A stretch of 64,000 bases of DNA from contig VRVR01000012.1 in the NCBI GenBank assembly GCA_009859145.1, forward strand, positions 1-64,000, given 5' to 3'. Under the pieces are notes generated by a model. The model worked only from the letters and a program-made list of their open reading frames with translations. It was not told where the DNA came from and searched no databases. The stretch comes from Andalucia godoyi And28. Its lineage: Eukaryota; Protista; Jakobida. A program made the position numbers and the translations under genes. Positions 32,002-43,603 of the stretch are shown piece by piece; the stretch's first letter is position 1, and each line of letters opens with the position of its first letter.

Positions 32002-33663
32002 ATGAACTCCACGGAGGACATGAATTCCTCGAGCAGCTCCTCTCTAGAGGACATCCCGCCACAGTCCTTGCTGACTCGAGTCAAAAAGGAGCTCTCTGTC
32101 ATTGCGAGGCTCGGTCTACCGGTTGTTGTAGGCAATTTGCTTAATTTCACAATGAACGTCACAGACATGATCATGGTTGGCCATCTCGGGCGCCAGGCGC
32201 TGGCTGCTGTCGCGCTTGCGATCACGTGGACTCTCGGAACCATGATTTTTGCCTTCGGAATGGCATCTGCATGCGACGCTATCATGGGCCAAGCGTGGGG
32301 TTCAAAGGACTACAAGGTGATTGGAAAATGCTTGCACATTGGACTCATCGTCATGACTGTCCTGTGCATTCCAATCGGGATCCTGTGGGGCCTTACAGAA
32401 CCGCTGCTTCTTTGGCTTGACCAGCCACCAGAACTTGCAGCACTGACAGCCAACTACGTACTCTGGCTTCTTCCAGGGCTTCCACCGACGTTGTACTACC
32501 AAGTCTTGACCAGGTACAATGCGTGCCAGGGTGTGATGAAGCCTGCAATGTACTGTGCAGTCGTTGCGAACATTGTGAATATTGGTGCGAACTACTTGCT
32601 GATTTATGCAATGGAACTGGGCTTTTCCGGAGCCCCGATTGCAACAAGTATCTCTAAATGGGCTTCTGTAGTCGCGCTTGCCTTGTGGATCAAGAGAAAG
32701 AAGCTGTACGTTGCCACTTGGGTTCCGTTTTCCATGTCGGCGATCTGGAAGGAAAAGGTGCTTTTCAAGCAGTTCCTGAAGCTGGGGACGGCAGGTGGAG
32801 TAGGCTTGCTGTTCGAACTCTGGGCATTTGAATTGTCGACAATTCTGGCCTCGTATTTGGGAGAAGTATGCCTGGCCGCGCACGTTATTCTCCTCAATGT
32901 CTGCACATTTTCGTTCATGATGCCGCTCGGAATATCCGTGGGTGGTGCTGTCCGTTCGGCGAATCTGCTAGGCCAGGGTCTCGGAAGCGAGGCCCGGTTC
33001 TCTTCGAAATTGAGCATCATGAGCGGTGCCACGGTGATGTTTGTGAATGGAATCATCATTTTTTCATGCAGGCATTACATTGGGTACATCTACACAACGG
33101 ACGAGGCCACTATTGCTCTTGTTGCGGCCACGGCTCCGTTTGGAGCGGCATTCCAGATCTTCGACGGAACATTCACCGTGTCATCCGGCATTCTTCGCTC
33201 GATGGGCCGACATCGAGAAGGTGCGATCATGGCAGCAGTGGGGTTTTATGTTCTTGGAGTCCCTCTCGGTTATGTCTTTGCGTTCCATACGGCAATTGGA
33301 TTTCCGGGCCTGTGGATCGGCCTTATTATTGGACTGTCCACCATGTCTGCACTGTTGCTGACATTCTTGTTCTGGCGTACCAACTGGAAGCACGAATCGG
33401 AGCTTGCAATTATGCGCATGAAGGAGTGCACCAAGGAGCAAATTGCCCATCATCAGCAACACCATCGTCATCCGCCACAACCGCACAACAGCCACCACCA
33501 TGACGACCGGGAAATGCAGTCTATTCCGCAAGCTGGGGAGGACGAAAAGAATGGCTTGCTTATTTATGGAGAAACTCTGGTGGACGATGACGAACTAAAC
33601 TCGAGTGACACCGTGCGCTTCCTGGATGGTGCACACGCCGACGGCAACGAGGTAGATGACTAA
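32002..33663 (+). CDS. MATE-family multidrug/toxin efflux transporter
   Basis: 12-TM pattern; MVGHLG..ALAAVAL, GQAWGS, ELWAFE, RSANLLG, FQIFDG, GLWIGL. Confidence 0.95.
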   Translation: MNSTEDMNSSSSSSLEDIPPQSLLTRVKKELSVIARLGLPVVVGNLLNFTMNVTDMIMVGHLGRQALAAVALAITWTLGTMIFAFGMASACDAIMGQAWGSKDYKVIGKCLHIGLIVMTVLCIPIGILWGLTEPLLLWLDQPPELAALTANYVLWLLPGLPPTLYYQVLTRYNACQGVMKPAMYCAVVANIVNIGANYLLIYAMELGFSGAPIATSISKWASVVALALWIKRKKLYVATWVPFSMSAIWKEKVLFKQFLKLGTAGGVGLLFELWAFELSTILASYLGEVCLAAHVILLNVCTFSFMMPLGISVGGAVRSANLLGQGLGSEARFSSKLSIMSGATVMFVNGIIIFSCRHYIGYIYTTDEATIALVAATAPFGAAFQIFDGTFTVSSGILRSMGRHREGAIMAAVGFYVLGVPLGYVFAFHTAIGFPGLWIGLIIGLSTMSALLLTFLFWRTNWKHESELAIMRMKECTKEQIAHHQQHHRHPPQPHNSHHHDDREMQSIPQAGEDEKNGLLIYGETLVDDDELNSSDTVRFLDGAHADGNEVDD

Positions 33664-34181
33664 TTGCCAGTTGCACCAATGCGAGACTTGGGCAATATTT
33701 TAGAATGTCATTTTGTAAATAGGAAAGAGCTTTATGGATTGCAGGTATCAATGATTTACTAAACTAGCGGGGAGGGAGAGGACACACGAATGACACTACC
33801 ACATTGAAGGGGAGGAGGAGGAACGATAACAACACTGGGTCGAGTTCAGATAGATTGAGGTAGCAAGCCCCGAAAAAATTGTAAAATGATGAGGCTTTCC
33901 TTTGCAGTGGCAAGAAAGCGGAAGAGAAAGAGGGAAACAGCACAAAACGCAAGCACAATTGATATAAACCGGAACGCCACATCGAATCAAGTTATCTTTC
34001 TACGGCGGGGGGAGGACGAGGACGAGGAGGAAATACGAAGGGGAGGGAGAGGGGAGAAAAAAAAGAAAAGAAAGGAAGGAAGAAGAAAAAATCAACATAT
34101 GAAATTGAAAGCCAAACCAAACCACAACCACAACCAAGAAAAAAAGGCTGCGATTGAAATCAAATTTCAAGACCGCGTATT

Positions 34182-35276
34182 CTAGTTCTTCTTGCCCTTC
34201 TTCTTCTTCTTTGCCGACTTATTTGCACTTCCCGAGCTCGGCTGCTTTGCTTGTTCCTCTTCATCCACATCTGCTGGATCCGCAGCGCTGTCGTCCTCGA
34301 CAGCTGCAGATGTCTGTCGTCCCTCATCCTCGGTGGCTTCCGGACTCATTGCTCGAACATCGTCTTCAAACTCGATCCTTCTGCCATTCTCTGCACGCTC
34401 AGCATCTTGCTCGCTTCTCGCAGGTGTGGAATTCGGCGTCTTGAAGTCCTCGAGGTTCGTATGCGTCGTGGCAGGTGTTGCGTGCACTGCATCAACACCG
34501 CCATTCCCAACAGCACCGGCCTTCTCACCGACGCCGGCAGAACCACCGGTAGTTGCAGGCTGGGACGGGGACTGTCCCGTCTCTTTTGACGCAGTAGCAG
34601 TGGCAGCAGCAGGTGCAGCAGGATATTCTGGAATTTCCCCGCGTTGAAGCATGGTGCGCAGCTCAGACCGCGATTTTGTCTGCGGCGCGAGTGAGTTGAG
34701 TGCATATTCTACAAACTTGCTGAACATGCTGCCGTATTCTTCCGCTACTTCCCCGGCTGCATGTCCACTAGCACCGCTGGAATTCGCAGCCACAGAGGCC
34801 TGGATCGCACGGATTGTGTCTTCTGCCTGTGCATCCACAAGCATCTGCTTTGCATCTTTGTCCTGCGCAAGCCAGTATACAAGACCAATCAGCGCCATCT
34901 TCAAATTTCGAGATGCGCCGTCTGCATTCAGCATGTCCACGGTCCGTCTCGGGACATTTGCAGCCCGAAGCACTGCAATCGGCTCGTCGCCGTCCTGCGC
35001 GTAGAGTTGCAGCACTCGAACGCAGTACTCGAGATCCAGATGAGAGGCAAGCCTCGCAAGAATGTCCAAGTCGTTCATCAGAATCCGGCGGTTCTTCGAA
35101 AACAGCGACAGCTGGTATAGCTGCTGCAGCTCAAAAAGGTCCTCTGGATTCGACTCGGAAAGCACATTGCTCGACAGCTTGTCTAGAATCGCGCGCGCCT
35201 TGGACTTTGTCGAGGACGGAGTTGCTGGAACCCCAGAAGATGGTCCACCATGAGACACCGGGGACGTAGTCATCAT
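34182..35276 (-). CDS. Hypothetical protein: helical (ARM-like) N-half plus acidic low-complexity tail
   Basis: 364-aa ORF with Lys-rich C-terminus. Confidence 0.65.
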   Translation of the reverse strand: MMTTSPVSHGGPSSGVPATPSSTKSKARAILDKLSSNVLSESNPEDLFELQQLYQLSLFSKNRRILMNDLDILARLASHLDLEYCVRVLQLYAQDGDEPIAVLRAANVPRRTVDMLNADGASRNLKMALIGLVYWLAQDKDAKQMLVDAQAEDTIRAIQASVAANSSGASGHAAGEVAEEYGSMFSKFVEYALNSLAPQTKSRSELRTMLQRGEIPEYPAAPAAATATASKETGQSPSQPATTGGSAGVGEKAGAVGNGGVDAVHATPATTHTNLEDFKTPNSTPARSEQDAERAENGRRIEFEDDVRAMSPEATEDEGRQTSAAVEDDSAADPADVDEEEQAKQPSSGSANKSAKKKKKGKKN

Positions 35277-35410
35277 TCGGCGAATCTTGGTTCACTTTTC
35301 TCTTTTCACTTTTCTGAAGGTCCTGCAAAAGACAAACAACTGAAAAGGCGAGGAAACGACAATTATCAGCCTCTCTTTTTTTTTTTCTTTTTTTTTTCCT
35401 TTAAAGTTTT

Positions 35411-35456
35411 GAAACTTTTGAGACTTTTGAGACTTTTGAGACTTTTGAAACTGTTT
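35411..35456. repeat. Tandem 9-mer (GAGACTTTT)n
   Basis: Direct reading, about 5 units. Confidence 0.85.
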
Positions 35457-35883
35457 TGAATAAAAAGAAGAAAAGGAAAAGGAAAAGGAAAAGAAAAAAG
35501 GAAAAAGAAAAAGAAAAAGGAAATAGAATGAATGTGGATTTTTTTTTCTTATTCAATGTACGTTTGATTGCATTTTTTGCGGCGTCGAGAAGAAACGAAT
35601 GGACTCCAACGAAAAAGCGTCAAACATGAAGTGCAGAAGAAGGCGAAGGGACTACTGTCGTTTTTCTTTTTCCCCTTGCTTTTCGAATTTCGAATTTCAA
35701 ACCCCGCGGCGAAGTGCTAACGCTCTGTGTGTGTGTGTGTGTTTGTGTGTGTGTCGCTCTCTGTCTGTCTTTTCTGGCACTGTTGTCTGCTGCGGGGTTC
35801 AACAGAAGAGGGGAAAGATCAGGATGGCCACCGGTCAGCGTTCAGTAATGGACTCGTGGACTGTTGGAATATGGAGACTGTCG

Positions 35884-36297
35884 TCACCGCGGATACTCTG
35901 CTTGCGAAGGATGTCGGTTCATCCGCTCAACCGCAAGCAACCGAAGCAGTGCATTGAATCGGGCGTAATGCTCCTCAACTGCCATCTTTTCCAGTGCGTC
36001 TTCCCGGGACATGCCGTCCGCCAGCCGGGCAATTTTCCCCGAATGTTCCTGCTGTAGTGGATGCCTGCTCGAGCACGCCACCGACGTCGCGTCTTCTTCC
36101 TGCTGCTGCCGGGACCGCTTCTTCTTTGGGTTACTCGCTTCTTGTAGTGGACTCAACTGATGTTTCTCAAACGAGTGTCGTGGCGGCGATGACGATGGCG
36201 ATGGTGATGACGATGGCGATGGAAGCAGAGAACCATCCATCCGTGGAGAATCGTGGACCGGTAACGTGAGACCGTGCATAATCACTCTTGCGGACAC
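35884..36297 (-). CDS. Small disordered protein with FAM104/VCF-like C-terminal helix
   Basis: NLS-like PKKKRSR; C-terminal HYARFNALLRLLAVERMNR resembles the Y..IN..LR..H.ER helix. Confidence 0.45.
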   Translation of the reverse strand: MSARVIMHGLTLPVHDSPRMDGSLLPSPSSSPSPSSSPPRHSFEKHQLSPLQEASNPKKKRSRQQQEEDATSVACSSRHPLQQEHSGKIARLADGMSREDALEKMAVEEHYARFNALLRLLAVERMNRHPSQAEYPR

Positions 36298-36504
36298 GCC
36301 TCCCTATACTCTTCTTTAAAATCACTATATAGTTGTTCAGCTTAATATAATAAAGAGGGAAAAAAGAGAAAACTGCTCTAATCCTTGTCTTTTTGAAATC
36401 GAAACGTCAGTCGAAACTCGACAGTCGCTTTACGCGCGCTTTCTCGGGTTTCCTTTTCTTTTTGGTTTCGGGTTTTCTTGCTGTCCACTACGTACGTTTT
36501 TTGT

Positions 36505-36730
36505 CGCAGTATAGGGTATTGCCCTCCCACCCAAAACCTCTCCCAAACATTTGGCTCGCATGCTGCGCCTCAGACAGATTATTTGACGTAAAGTGACTTT
36601 TACAATCCATCATCAATTGCACGGAATCGGCTCTCAATATTCGAGGGTGTCTCATTGGACCTCGACCGGCACACCCACGCCGCCGCGACACCAATCACAA
36701 CAACAGCAACCGGTAACAACAATAATCTGC
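36505..36730 (+). repeat. Diverged duplicate (family C); the inverted partner is split between 39370-39480 and 39895-40010
   Basis: Shared blocks CATGCTGCGC.TCA.ACAGATTATTTG.C.TAAAGTGACTTTTACAATC and GCTCTCAATATTCGAG.GTGTCTCATTGG.CCTCGACC. Confidence 0.75.
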
Positions 36731-37409
36731 AGAAGAAAAAAGGCCGGCCTTCACTCATCAGCAATGTCGACGGCTGCCATACTATACGATGATATTCACA
36801 GCCGTCCACCCAGACGTTTGGGTTGGATGGTTGTACCGATATTATCTTTCTTGGGAGGCTCCGTGCGTTGTTTGCTGTTCTTTCCGTTGGCTGCGGCGCG
36901 GTTTCGAGCGACTGGCTGCAAAAGGAGGGGGAGACACAGAAACAAGAAACACGGGAATGCCCTAGTGCACCTTTCGGATTAGAAAACTGAAAAGCGGGCA
37001 CTGGAATGGAAAATGAAAATGAAAAAGAGGCGTGAAACGCAAGGAGTCTGCTGACGGGGAAAGGAAACGAAAAAATGTGTGGGCAGATCACTGAAGAGCG
37101 ATGTTCCATGACGGGGGGAATCTTCTCCCCACAACCGCTTTTGACCTTCGATGCCCGCAAGCAGTGCAAACGAGCATCCGTCCATCTTCTTCTGTTTGGG
37201 TGCTGGGGCAGAAGGAGGCTTGCATATCATATTCTTTGTTTTCGAGGTTTATTTTTTTTCATTTATTTTTCTTTAATTGCATTGCGCCGTACTGTGCCGT
37301 GCAGTGCTGTGACGAAGGGTAGCGGAGCGATTAACGACACCGAAAAGGGAGAGAGAACAGAAGGAGGCACAAAGAAGAAAGAAAAGAAGAAGATAAACGC
37401 GTCAGTAGC

Positions 37410-37877
37410 ATGAGTTTCTTGGGGCTGAGCCAGGAGGAAATTGAAGCGGCGTCTGCGATCTTTTCCGAGTACGATGCGGATCATTCGGGGGTTATTGATG
37501 CATGGGAGCTGAAGCGTGCATTGACGCGGCTGGGGCAAGCTCCTTCCGAAGACGAGGTGTTTGCGCTGTTGAGCGAGGCGGATACCACGGGAGATGCAAA
37601 GATCGACTTTGGAGAGTTTCTGCGAGTAATATCTATGCACAAGACCACACATAACCAGGAGACGTTGGAGGACGAGATTTTCGAGGCATACCTCTCGCTT
37701 GGTGGAACGCCGGATAAGAAGGGGTTCGTTGACAAACAGACGGTCGTCGAAACCATCCGCAAGTTTGGGCTTCTCATTGATGTCGAGGGGCTTTTCAATG
37801 AAATTGATGTCGACAACAACAGAAAAGTTGACTACGCGGAGTTTGCACAATTCCTTCGTGAAGCCACCAAGAGCTGA
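37410..37877 (+). CDS. EF-hand protein, outer-arm dynein light chain LC4-like
   Basis: DADHSGVIDAWEL, LGQAPSEDEV, and the LC4-type third motif AYLSLGGTPDKKGFV...KFGLLIDV. Confidence 0.75.
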   Translation: MSFLGLSQEEIEAASAIFSEYDADHSGVIDAWELKRALTRLGQAPSEDEVFALLSEADTTGDAKIDFGEFLRVISMHKTTHNQETLEDEIFEAYLSLGGTPDKKGFVDKQTVVETIRKFGLLIDVEGLFNEIDVDNNRKVDYAEFAQFLREATKS

Positions 37878-38107
37878 GCATCCTGCTGGTTGCGTTCTTT
37901 GTAATCTGTGTTGCTGTATGCATGTCCGTTGTTTCGCTGCTCGTCGTTCGTCATCTCGCAATGCATTTGTCGAAACAAAACTAGTTGAGGAGGAAGGGGG
38001 AGACATCATTATAATAATAAAGCACGACGGGGTAGTGAGCGCGCGGCAGTAACATGCAGTGCCGTAATGTACAAAATGACAAGGGTGGGAAGAACACCAA
38101 AGCAATG

Positions 38108-39163
38108 CTAGTCCGAGTCGTCGACATGGCCTCTGGAATGAGATCGCCGGTATGCACCGCTTGCGGAAGCGGCGCTCTTGCTGGTGCTTCGGGGAGTGAG
38201 GGAGTTACTGAACTGGGTCGCGAGGCTCCGTATGTCCTCGGGCGAGAGCTGGAGTCGTGGAGGTTGCAAGTAGCTGTGGACTGGGCTTGGAACCGAGACG
38301 AGAGCAGGGAGGGGCGACGATGCGACAACAGGTGGGCTGGACTGTTGCCAAGACCGTAGCATCCATGTGGACCCGACGATGGCGACCATCAGTGCAGAAA
38401 GACCGACGAGAATTGTCTTTGTCGACAGTGGCTCGACAAAAGAATTGATGATGGTTGCGACTGTCTCTGCAGAAATACGAGTCCGAGCGACCATTCTTGG
38501 ATCGCGGCGCATACACTGTTCCCATAATGCGCACGTTGTTGCCAAGACCGGAGGACGATTTGGATCGTCGCACCTGTTTTCCCTCCACTGACGCTGACAC
38601 TCACCAATCTGCGTCAGTACATCCTGCGAAAACTCGTCTACCCGCAGCTCCACATCGTGCTGCACAGACGCATAGAGCAGATAAAACACATATCCAAAGA
38701 GCGCAAAGATGCCGATATGAAAAGACATTTGTGCATACGTCCCCACGACGCGAGGAGCATCCGGATGCAGCGGCAGCGTAAAGACCCTGTACAGAACCCG
38801 GCTAAGAAACGCACATATCGCAACTGGGATGTAGGCTATGCTCCAGAACGCGCGGGTCACAATTGACGAACCAACGGACCCATCTTCATCGTTGTCGCTA
38901 CCCGCAGAAGCAGCATCATCATCTTCTTGTTCCTCCTCCTCTCCCATTCTATTGGTATATACATTTGGAGCGCGCCTGGCATTCCTGCGGTTATTCCCCG
39001 AAGTGTTTTTAGCCCTTCCAGAGTTTTCATCACAATCATCGCGAACAAAATGAACGTCGGAAACATCGCGCATCGGAACATCAATGTCGTGTGCTTCGTC
39101 GTCATCCGTCACAACTCGGCGCGTTCGGCGGAAAAACATTCGCTTCTTGAACGTCACAGGCAT
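38108..39163 (-). CDS. BRR6: Brl1/Brr6 nuclear envelope/pore biogenesis protein
   Basis: TM, HDVELRV, four Cys (CQRQWRENRC...CALWEQCMRRDP), SAETVATIINSFVEPLSTKT, TM. Confidence 0.92.
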   Translation of the reverse strand: MPVTFKKRMFFRRTRRVVTDDDEAHDIDVPMRDVSDVHFVRDDCDENSGRAKNTSGNNRRNARRAPNVYTNRMGEEEEQEDDDAASAGSDNDEDGSVGSSIVTRAFWSIAYIPVAICAFLSRVLYRVFTLPLHPDAPRVVGTYAQMSFHIGIFALFGYVFYLLYASVQHDVELRVDEFSQDVLTQIGECQRQWRENRCDDPNRPPVLATTCALWEQCMRRDPRMVARTRISAETVATIINSFVEPLSTKTILVGLSALMVAIVGSTWMLRSWQQSSPPVVASSPLPALVSVPSPVHSYLQPPRLQLSPEDIRSLATQFSNSLTPRSTSKSAASASGAYRRSHSRGHVDDSD

Positions 39164-39594
39164 GCCTATGGTGGCGGTAGCGGTGGCGAGGGCGGTGGCG
39201 ATGGGTATGCTACTCGGATTGGAAACGAGCCTGCGAGACTTTTTATTTTCAGAAGTCAGAACAAGGTGACAAAACTGCAGATCCCATCGATTGCCAACAC
39301 GCGAGCAAAAAAAGAAAGAAAAAAGAAGAAGAAGAAAACACTTCAGACGCTGACTGTAGATCAGTCCTCATTCTGCGGATTGCTGTAACAGGTTGCTGTC
39401 GTTGGTGTTGTCGTGGCGGCGTAGGTGCACAGGTCGAGGCCCAATGAGACACTCTCGAATATTGAGAGCTGCATTCCTTGTAATCGATGATTCCTTCGTC
39501 GCCCCCCCTCTCTCTGTGTGTGGCGCACACCATTGCCAATCAACAAAATAAATACAATATCCGCTCGATTGTAATGGTGAAAACAAAGAATGAA

Positions 39595-39694
<100 letters not shown>

Positions 39695-40197
39695 CCAGTG
39701 GATGAAAAATGCGGAATGGCAATAAAAGAAGCTCGTTGAAATCCCTAGTTTTTTCCTGGTTCCCAAAGTCCAAATGGTTCTAACGAATACACTCATTGAT
39801 TGATCAATTCGAGAGCTCTGAACAGGAAAATAGGCCGTTTCTGTTTTGGGGTGCGCAGACCCATGGATATCCCACTCAAAAGAGGAACTTCATCTTGATT
39901 GTAAAAGTCACTTTATGCCAAATAATCTGTTTGAAGCGCAGCATGTGCGACAAGTGTTTGGAGAGAGGTTTTGGTTTGAAGGGAGGGTATACGCTTACCG
40001 TACGTCATTCCTATTGTCGGGGTATATTCAGCTTCTTTTCAAGTTCTTCATTCGAATGTGCGCTTCGCTTCATGGCTGGCTTTGGCTGCTTCCTTTTGTC
40101 GCTTTCCTTCTTTGCATTCTCTTTGCCTTTTCGGATTGCTGAATTTGCGGATCTCGGATTCTCAATACCTCTTTTCTCATTGTTTTTAAACGTAGTA

Positions 40198-42087
40198 ATG
40201 CTGACGCTCCGTCGCTCAATACCAAGCATCCATCGTGGGTTTTCCACGATGAGTTTGCCCAGACTTCCCGAAGTCAAGAACGAACAAATGGCATGCCCCT
40301 TTCTTCTTCCTGTTTCTCTTCCTCCTTATCAGCTTGTTGCTACTGGATGGATTGCTTGTTTGAAGAACAAAAAACTAATCCGATGATGATTTTCCCCTGC
40401 CACTTTCCCTTCCTCCATTTCTTTTTTGTTTTTATTTCTTATATTATTATTTTTATTTTTAAATTTGGTTTTCCTTTGGCTTTAGCTTGATTATCGACCT
40501 GGATCAGCCGAACGTGCAGCGCTGTCAAAGGCTGTTGCATCGCTCAAAGCGCAGGGTGCGATTGATATTCCGTGCATTGTGAATGGAAAGGAATACTTTA
40601 CGGGAAAGACGGTGAATCAGGGGATGCCGTCTTCTCACGGTACTGTGCTTGCGCGTGTGCACCATGCGACTCCGGCAATTCTGAAGGACGCGATTGCAGG
40701 GTCGCTTAAAGTGCGCAGAGACTGGGCGAATCTTCCTTATGCTGAACGTGCAGCTGTGTTTTTGCAAGCTGCAGAGTACTTGTCGACCACGGACCGTGCA
40801 CTGATTTGTGGAGCGACGGTGCTTGGGCAGGCAAAGACCGCATGGCAAGCGGAAATCGATGCTGCAGCGGAGACGATTGATTTTTGGAGATTTTCGGCTG
40901 CGTATGGTGAGCAGATTTACGGACTGCAACCGGAACATCACTCCCCAGGCGTCTGGAATCGGATGGAGTATCGTCCGTTGGAAGGATTTGTGTTTGCGGT
41001 ATCGCCATTCAATTTTACTGCGATTGGGTCGAACCTGGTGTCCGCTCCGGCTCAGATGGGAAATGTTGTGCTTTGGAAACCGTCGGACACGGCTGCGTTC
41101 TCCAACTACTACATCTACAAGCTGCTGCAGAAGAGCGGTCTGCCAGATGGCGTGGTCCAGTTCCTGCCATTTGCACCCACCGCAGATACATCGGACGTCG
41201 TGCTGAAGGACAAGGATCTGGCGGGACTGCATTTCACGGGTTCCACGCAGACCTTCCAGAGACTCTTTAAGACGATCGGTGAGAACATCGAACAGTACCG
41301 TGGGTACCCGAGGATTGTGGGTGAAACTGGCGGAAAGAACTTCCACTTTGCACACCCGTCTGCGGATCCCGTGCATGTTGCGCTGCAGACGGTGCGCTCT
41401 GCCTTTGAGTATTCCGGACAAAAGTGCTCGGCGTGCTCCAGACTGTATGTACCCCGCAGCATCTGGCCGGCTGTGAAGCAACGCATGTTGAGCGAATTGG
41501 CCAAGTTCAAGGTCGGACAGCCCGATGACTTCACGTCGTATGCGTCGGCGGTGATTGATGCAAAATCGTTTGCAAAGATCAAGTCATATGTGGAGCATGT
41601 CAGGTCTGACAAGTCGTGCACGTTCCTGCACTCTGGAAAGATGGACGATTCTGTTGGGTACTTTGTGGAACCGCAGTTTGTGGAGACCACGAACCCGCTT
41701 GCGCGAACCATGTGCGAAGAGATCTTTGGACCGTTCCTCACTGCATACGTCTATGAAGACTCCGAGTACGAAAAGACAATGAAACTGGCAGCCGAGTCGT
41801 CGATCTATTCGCTCACGGGGTCGTTCTTTTCTCGTGACCGGCAGTCGATTCACCATGCGCATGATGTCCTTCTTGAGGCCTGCGGAAACTTTTACGTGAA
41901 TGACAAGTCAACCGGTGCCGTTGTTGGCCAGCAGCCGTTCGGTGGTGCCCGCGGTTCCGGCACGAATGACAAGGCTGGCTTCGTTTTCAATCTGATTCGG
42001 TGGACGTCTCCGCGAACGATCAAGGAGAACTTCAGGCCGATTTCCGCTGTGGAGTACCCGTCCATCGATCCCGTGAAGTCTGCGTGA
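40198..42087 (+). CDS. ALDH4A1: Delta-1-pyrroline-5-carboxylate dehydrogenase, mitochondrial; exons 40198-40290 and 40486-42087
   Basis: Presequence MLTLRRS; VKNEQM|LDYRPGSAER junction; SPFNFTAIG, FTGST, GETGGKN, FEYSGQKCSACS, EEIFGP, FGGARGSGTNDKAG. Confidence 0.96.
40291..40485 (+). other. GC-AG spliceosomal intron (195 bp)
   Basis: Donor ATG|GCATGC, pyrimidine-rich body, acceptor TTTAG|CTT; phase 0 restores the conserved N-terminal motif. Confidence 0.75.
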
Positions 42088-42257
42088 TCGGCAGCCCACT
42101 CTTCACGCGTGCATGCAGGTCGATGAACTGAAATAAAAACGCCACCACCACAACAACAACAACAAGAAGAAGAAGAAGAAGTACAAAATGGATTGAAGTC
42201 TCTTGGAATCCTTGTCCATAAACGCCCATTCTTGTTTCAAATGTCCTTTATCTCGTT

Positions 42258-42899
42258 TTATTGGGGAAGGCGCATCTTTCGTCCCTTCATCACAGTGTTG
42301 TAATAATGATAGAAAAAGTCTCCAAAGACTGCGGCTTGGATCAATCCTGCGGTCCATGCAATGAGCGAATAGTGCCCCGTCGACACCAGTCTCCAGATCC
42401 AGTTCAGGAGGTAGAACACGCGATAGCCGCCGAGCGTAAACACATAGTGAGCATTCATGGTCTCGACTTCGCCGCGCTTTTGCAACATGAAGAGCTGTGG
42501 GAGAATCGCGACGGATTCGAGCCAGATGGAAAAAGACCACAGAACCTCAAAGAATGAAAGCCATGGATGGTGGAACACGACGCCAAACGCCGCGCACGGG
42601 GCGATAATGTACCAGATGTTGAATGTGTCCGAGTCTGCTTCGTACGTGCGCTTGTACTTCACCATCATCAAGTACACAACGGAGTACGACGCGCCGAGAA
42701 ACAGGATCTTCAATATTGTGTTGTACAACCCGGCCCAGTAGAGGAAGAGGTCCAAGTATCGGCATGTGAGCAACACTGCATACAAGATTTGCGACTTTAG
42801 AGAGAGTCCTGCACACGAACGGCTCTTGTAAAGTCGATACAGAATAATAAGAATTGACGCAATGTGCAGCAAATCTCCTGCAATCCGGAATATGTTCAT
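42258..42899 (-). CDS. ERD2: KDEL/HDEL ER lumen retention receptor
   Basis: MNIFRIAGDLLH, SCAGLSLKSQ, RYLDL, WSFSIWLESVAILPQL, YRVFYLLNWIWR. Confidence 0.98.
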   Translation of the reverse strand: MNIFRIAGDLLHIASILIILYRLYKSRSCAGLSLKSQILYAVLLTCRYLDLFLYWAGLYNTILKILFLGASYSVVYLMMVKYKRTYEADSDTFNIWYIIAPCAAFGVVFHHPWLSFFEVLWSFSIWLESVAILPQLFMLQKRGEVETMNAHYVFTLGGYRVFYLLNWIWRLVSTGHYSLIAWTAGLIQAAVFGDFFYHYYNTVMKGRKMRLPQ

Positions 42900-43603
42900 C
42901 GCGGAACAACGAAGGAGAATGAAGGTATAATGCCGAAAAAACAACTTTTGAAGGTTTTTTTTTTTTTCAAATTCCGATAATGACGGTCTTCTTTCCTTTC
43001 TTCACTGATGCTCGCACTATGTAATATCTGTAGAATCAGAAGAGAAAGAAATTTGAGTAGTCAAAAGAATTAAACATTAAATTTTTTATATTATATAAAG
43101 AGAGAGAAAGAGAGGGGAAAAAATATGAAAGAAGAAACGAAAAACCGGCCTTTTGAGAAGGAAAAAACATGCATTTAATAGTGCTTACTGCTTAGAAGGT
43201 GTGCTCGAGTGGACTGTGGACACTTCAACAACTGGGAGAGTACTTCTCGTACGACAGATCACAGGTCGTCCCTTCCCCTCCGCCCCCCTTTCTGAAGTCC
43301 CGAAACGAACCTCACGACTGCAGCGAAACCTGCACAGTCTCCCAGCGTTTGTTTTTTACATTCTGTTTTGTTGTTGTTGTATGCTTTTCTTTTTATCTGT
43401 TCCATGATTCCATGCTTCTATTTTTATCCTCCTGTTGATTCACTCATTCTCTACTCGTTTTTTTTTGAGGCTTCTGCATACCCCACTCGCACGACACGAC
43501 ACAGGACGAGCGAGTGTATAGTATCAGTTCATCAGGTACAGTACTTTATCTTTATCTTTCTTTTTTCTTCTTCCTTCCTTCCTTCCTTCCTTTGGTTGTT
43601 TGC

